Shown piece by piece: positions 62,531 to 64,000 of a DNA stretch of 64,000 nucleotides. The notes below the pieces were generated by a model. It was not told the DNA's origin, made no database searches, and saw nothing but the letters and a program-made list of their open reading frames with translations. The DNA is from Carcharhinus longimanus (taxonomy: Eukaryota), in contig JASCQW010000072.1 in assembly GCA_030264375.1 (NCBI GenBank), forward strand, positions 15,528,634 to 15,592,633, in the 5' to 3' direction. The translations under genes and the position numbers were made by a program. Within the stretch, counting starts at the first letter, position 1, and each line of letters begins with the position of its first letter.

Positions 62531-62725
62531 TCCACATTCAAAAAATATGCATTTTAATCCATTCATACAGTTTACATGAACACCAGCAATGATATCCACG
62601 TGGACAAAAGTATGTATTTTAATTTGCTCAATAAATGATTTACATTCACACCAACAAAACTGTCCACATGGACAAAAATATTTATTTTTAATCTACTCAA
62701 TACAACATTTACATTGACAATGATG
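62531..62725 (+). repeat. Degenerate ~66-bp tandem repeat, three copies
   Basis: Units start TCCAC at 62531, 62595 and 62663 and share AAAA.TAT..ATTTTAAT...TTTACAT. Confidence 0.75.
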
Positions 62726-62799
62726 TACTCAAACTCTTAATTTGGCTTTTAGAATTCAATTCCGTGCGACTTAGATTTATTTTACAGTTTAACGAGTGC

Positions 62800-63449
62800 T
62801 TTGGCAGTACTTGTAGCGGACAGTGCGACGATCCCAGTACCTATTCCATTTCCAGGATTAAACATCATGTTCTTGGGACGCGCTGTACACTCTCTCACAA
62901 GCCGGAGCTTCCTCCCGGGGGAGTGACGGGGGCTTTATAATGGTGTTTCTATTGTCAAAGCAAGGCCAATCCATAAATGCCATCTGCCTCTGGAAGGGAG
63001 GGAGGAGAGGTGGCGGGGGGGGGGAATAATTACTATAGAGACACTCCTACCGCCTGGCACCCAATCTGGGAGAGAGAGAGACTGACAGCTTCAGCCATGG
63101 TACTTACCCGAGCAGGTGGTAAACAGCAGTCACTTTGGAGCTGCCGTGTGCTATTTCTATCTAAGAAGCTTACCTAATCCAGATGTAGAAGCAGCCTTTC
63201 AGCCGCTCCGGATCCCCGGGAAGGCAAGCCGCACGCAGAAGCTGCAGCTTACACGAGGAAGAGGAAAATGTGGCTCTTTCCTCTGCGGGAGCGAATAAGT
63301 TGTTCAATACTTGATTATCGGGGCTGAAGTGTGTAGCTGTCAGGAAGTTTTCCAGGGTAGTCGTTGGGGGGAGGGCGGGGGGGAAGCCTGCACTTCAGCA
63401 GTCGGATGTATTAAGACGCTCCTTTCTCAATCCCTCGGACCCCGAGCTC
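62800..63449 (+). promoter_or_regulatory. KCNMB4: KCNMB4 promoter / 5' UTR, CpG-rich region
   Basis: CpG and GC content rise locally. CCAAT at 62966, TATA-like TTTATAA near 62935 and CATAAA at 62972, GC box GGGCGGGG near 63373. The TSS cannot be placed. Confidence 0.6.
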
Positions 63450-63785
63450 ATGGCGAAGACCAGGGTCACTTATGAGTATTCCGAAGCCGAGGATAAAAGC
63501 ATTAGACTCGGGTTCTTCCTCATCGTCTCCGGAATCGTCTCCCTCTTCATCCTGGGATTCTGCTGGTTAAACCCCACGCTGAATAACATGCAGTGCAAGG
63601 CTGCGAACTGCACCGTGGTGTCGTTGCGGCAGATCGGGGAGATGTCTGAGTGCACTTTCACGTGTGGGGCAGATTGCAAAGGGACGTCTCTCTATCCCTG
63701 TCTCCAGATCTTTGTCAATAATTCCCAAACTTACAGCAAAGCGCTGCTCCATTATGACGAACAGCAACTCATTCTAAACCCCAAG
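63450..63785 (+). CDS. KCNMB4: KCNMB4 coding exon 1, calcium-activated potassium channel subunit beta-4 ([21 protein letters not shown]...LILNPK)
   Basis: [15 protein letters not shown]-terminus, TM1 and the [19 protein letters not shown] loop. 336 nt ending at AAG|gtaaag. The gene continues beyond the window. Confidence 0.96.
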
Positions 63786-63853
63786 GTAAAGTGGGCTGTG
63801 ACATAGATTAAAGAGGGTTTGAAATAGACCTGAAGACATTTAAGAGCAGTATG

Positions 63854-63995
63854 TTTAACCACATTATACATTGTTCTTGGAGTTGGCTTTAAGTTATATT
63901 TGCTTATATAGCAATGGGCACATCTTTAACCACATTATAAATTGCACTGTAATTTTGTCTTCGAATTATATTTTGCTATATAGATAAGGGCACAG
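63854..63995 (+). repeat. Degenerate ~71-bp tandem duplication in KCNMB4 intron 1
   Basis: TTTAACCACATTATA.ATTG at 63854 and 63925; both units end TATATAG....GGGCACA. Confidence 0.7.
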
Positions 63996-64000
63996 TTTCT

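Noticed and set aside
63390-63412. Possible REST/NRSE site near KCNMB4 (TTCAGCAGTCGGATG)
   Set aside because: Too many mismatches to TTCAGCACCACGGACAG.
1-64000. CRISPR arrays or prokaryotic systems
   Set aside because: The sequence is intron-rich vertebrate DNA and has no regularly spaced repeat-spacer pattern.

Overview
This is vertebrate genomic DNA from an elasmobranch (shark), inferred from HE1/V-SINE-type tRNA SINEs, HER1/CR1 LINE fragments, Deu-domain SINEs and Penelope-derived palindromes. It has nine assembly gaps. The + strand carries the last ten coding exons and 3' UTR of CNOT2 (CCR4-NOT subunit 2, 2160-52432). All exon boundaries are GT-AG and the phases are consistent. About 11 kb downstream lie the CpG-rich promoter and first coding exon of KCNMB4 (BK channel beta-4, 63450-63785), the same gene order as in human. 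Almost all ORFs in the supplied track are repeat-derived or gap artefacts. The most unusual object is a ~205-bp poly(A)-tailed element at 27312-27517. It starts with the 5' end of U2 snRNA and continues into three hairpins, so it is a candidate U2-derived SINE or small-RNA retrocopy; a second U2-like 17-mer lies 70 bp upstream. Other points worth checking are candidate cassette, micro- and poison exons in CNOT2 introns, hammerhead-core remnants in Penelope palindromes, a decayed env-like fragment and a decayed Ingi/Vingi-like LINE. Family assignments rest on recalled consensus sequences, not database searches, and repeat boundaries are approximate.
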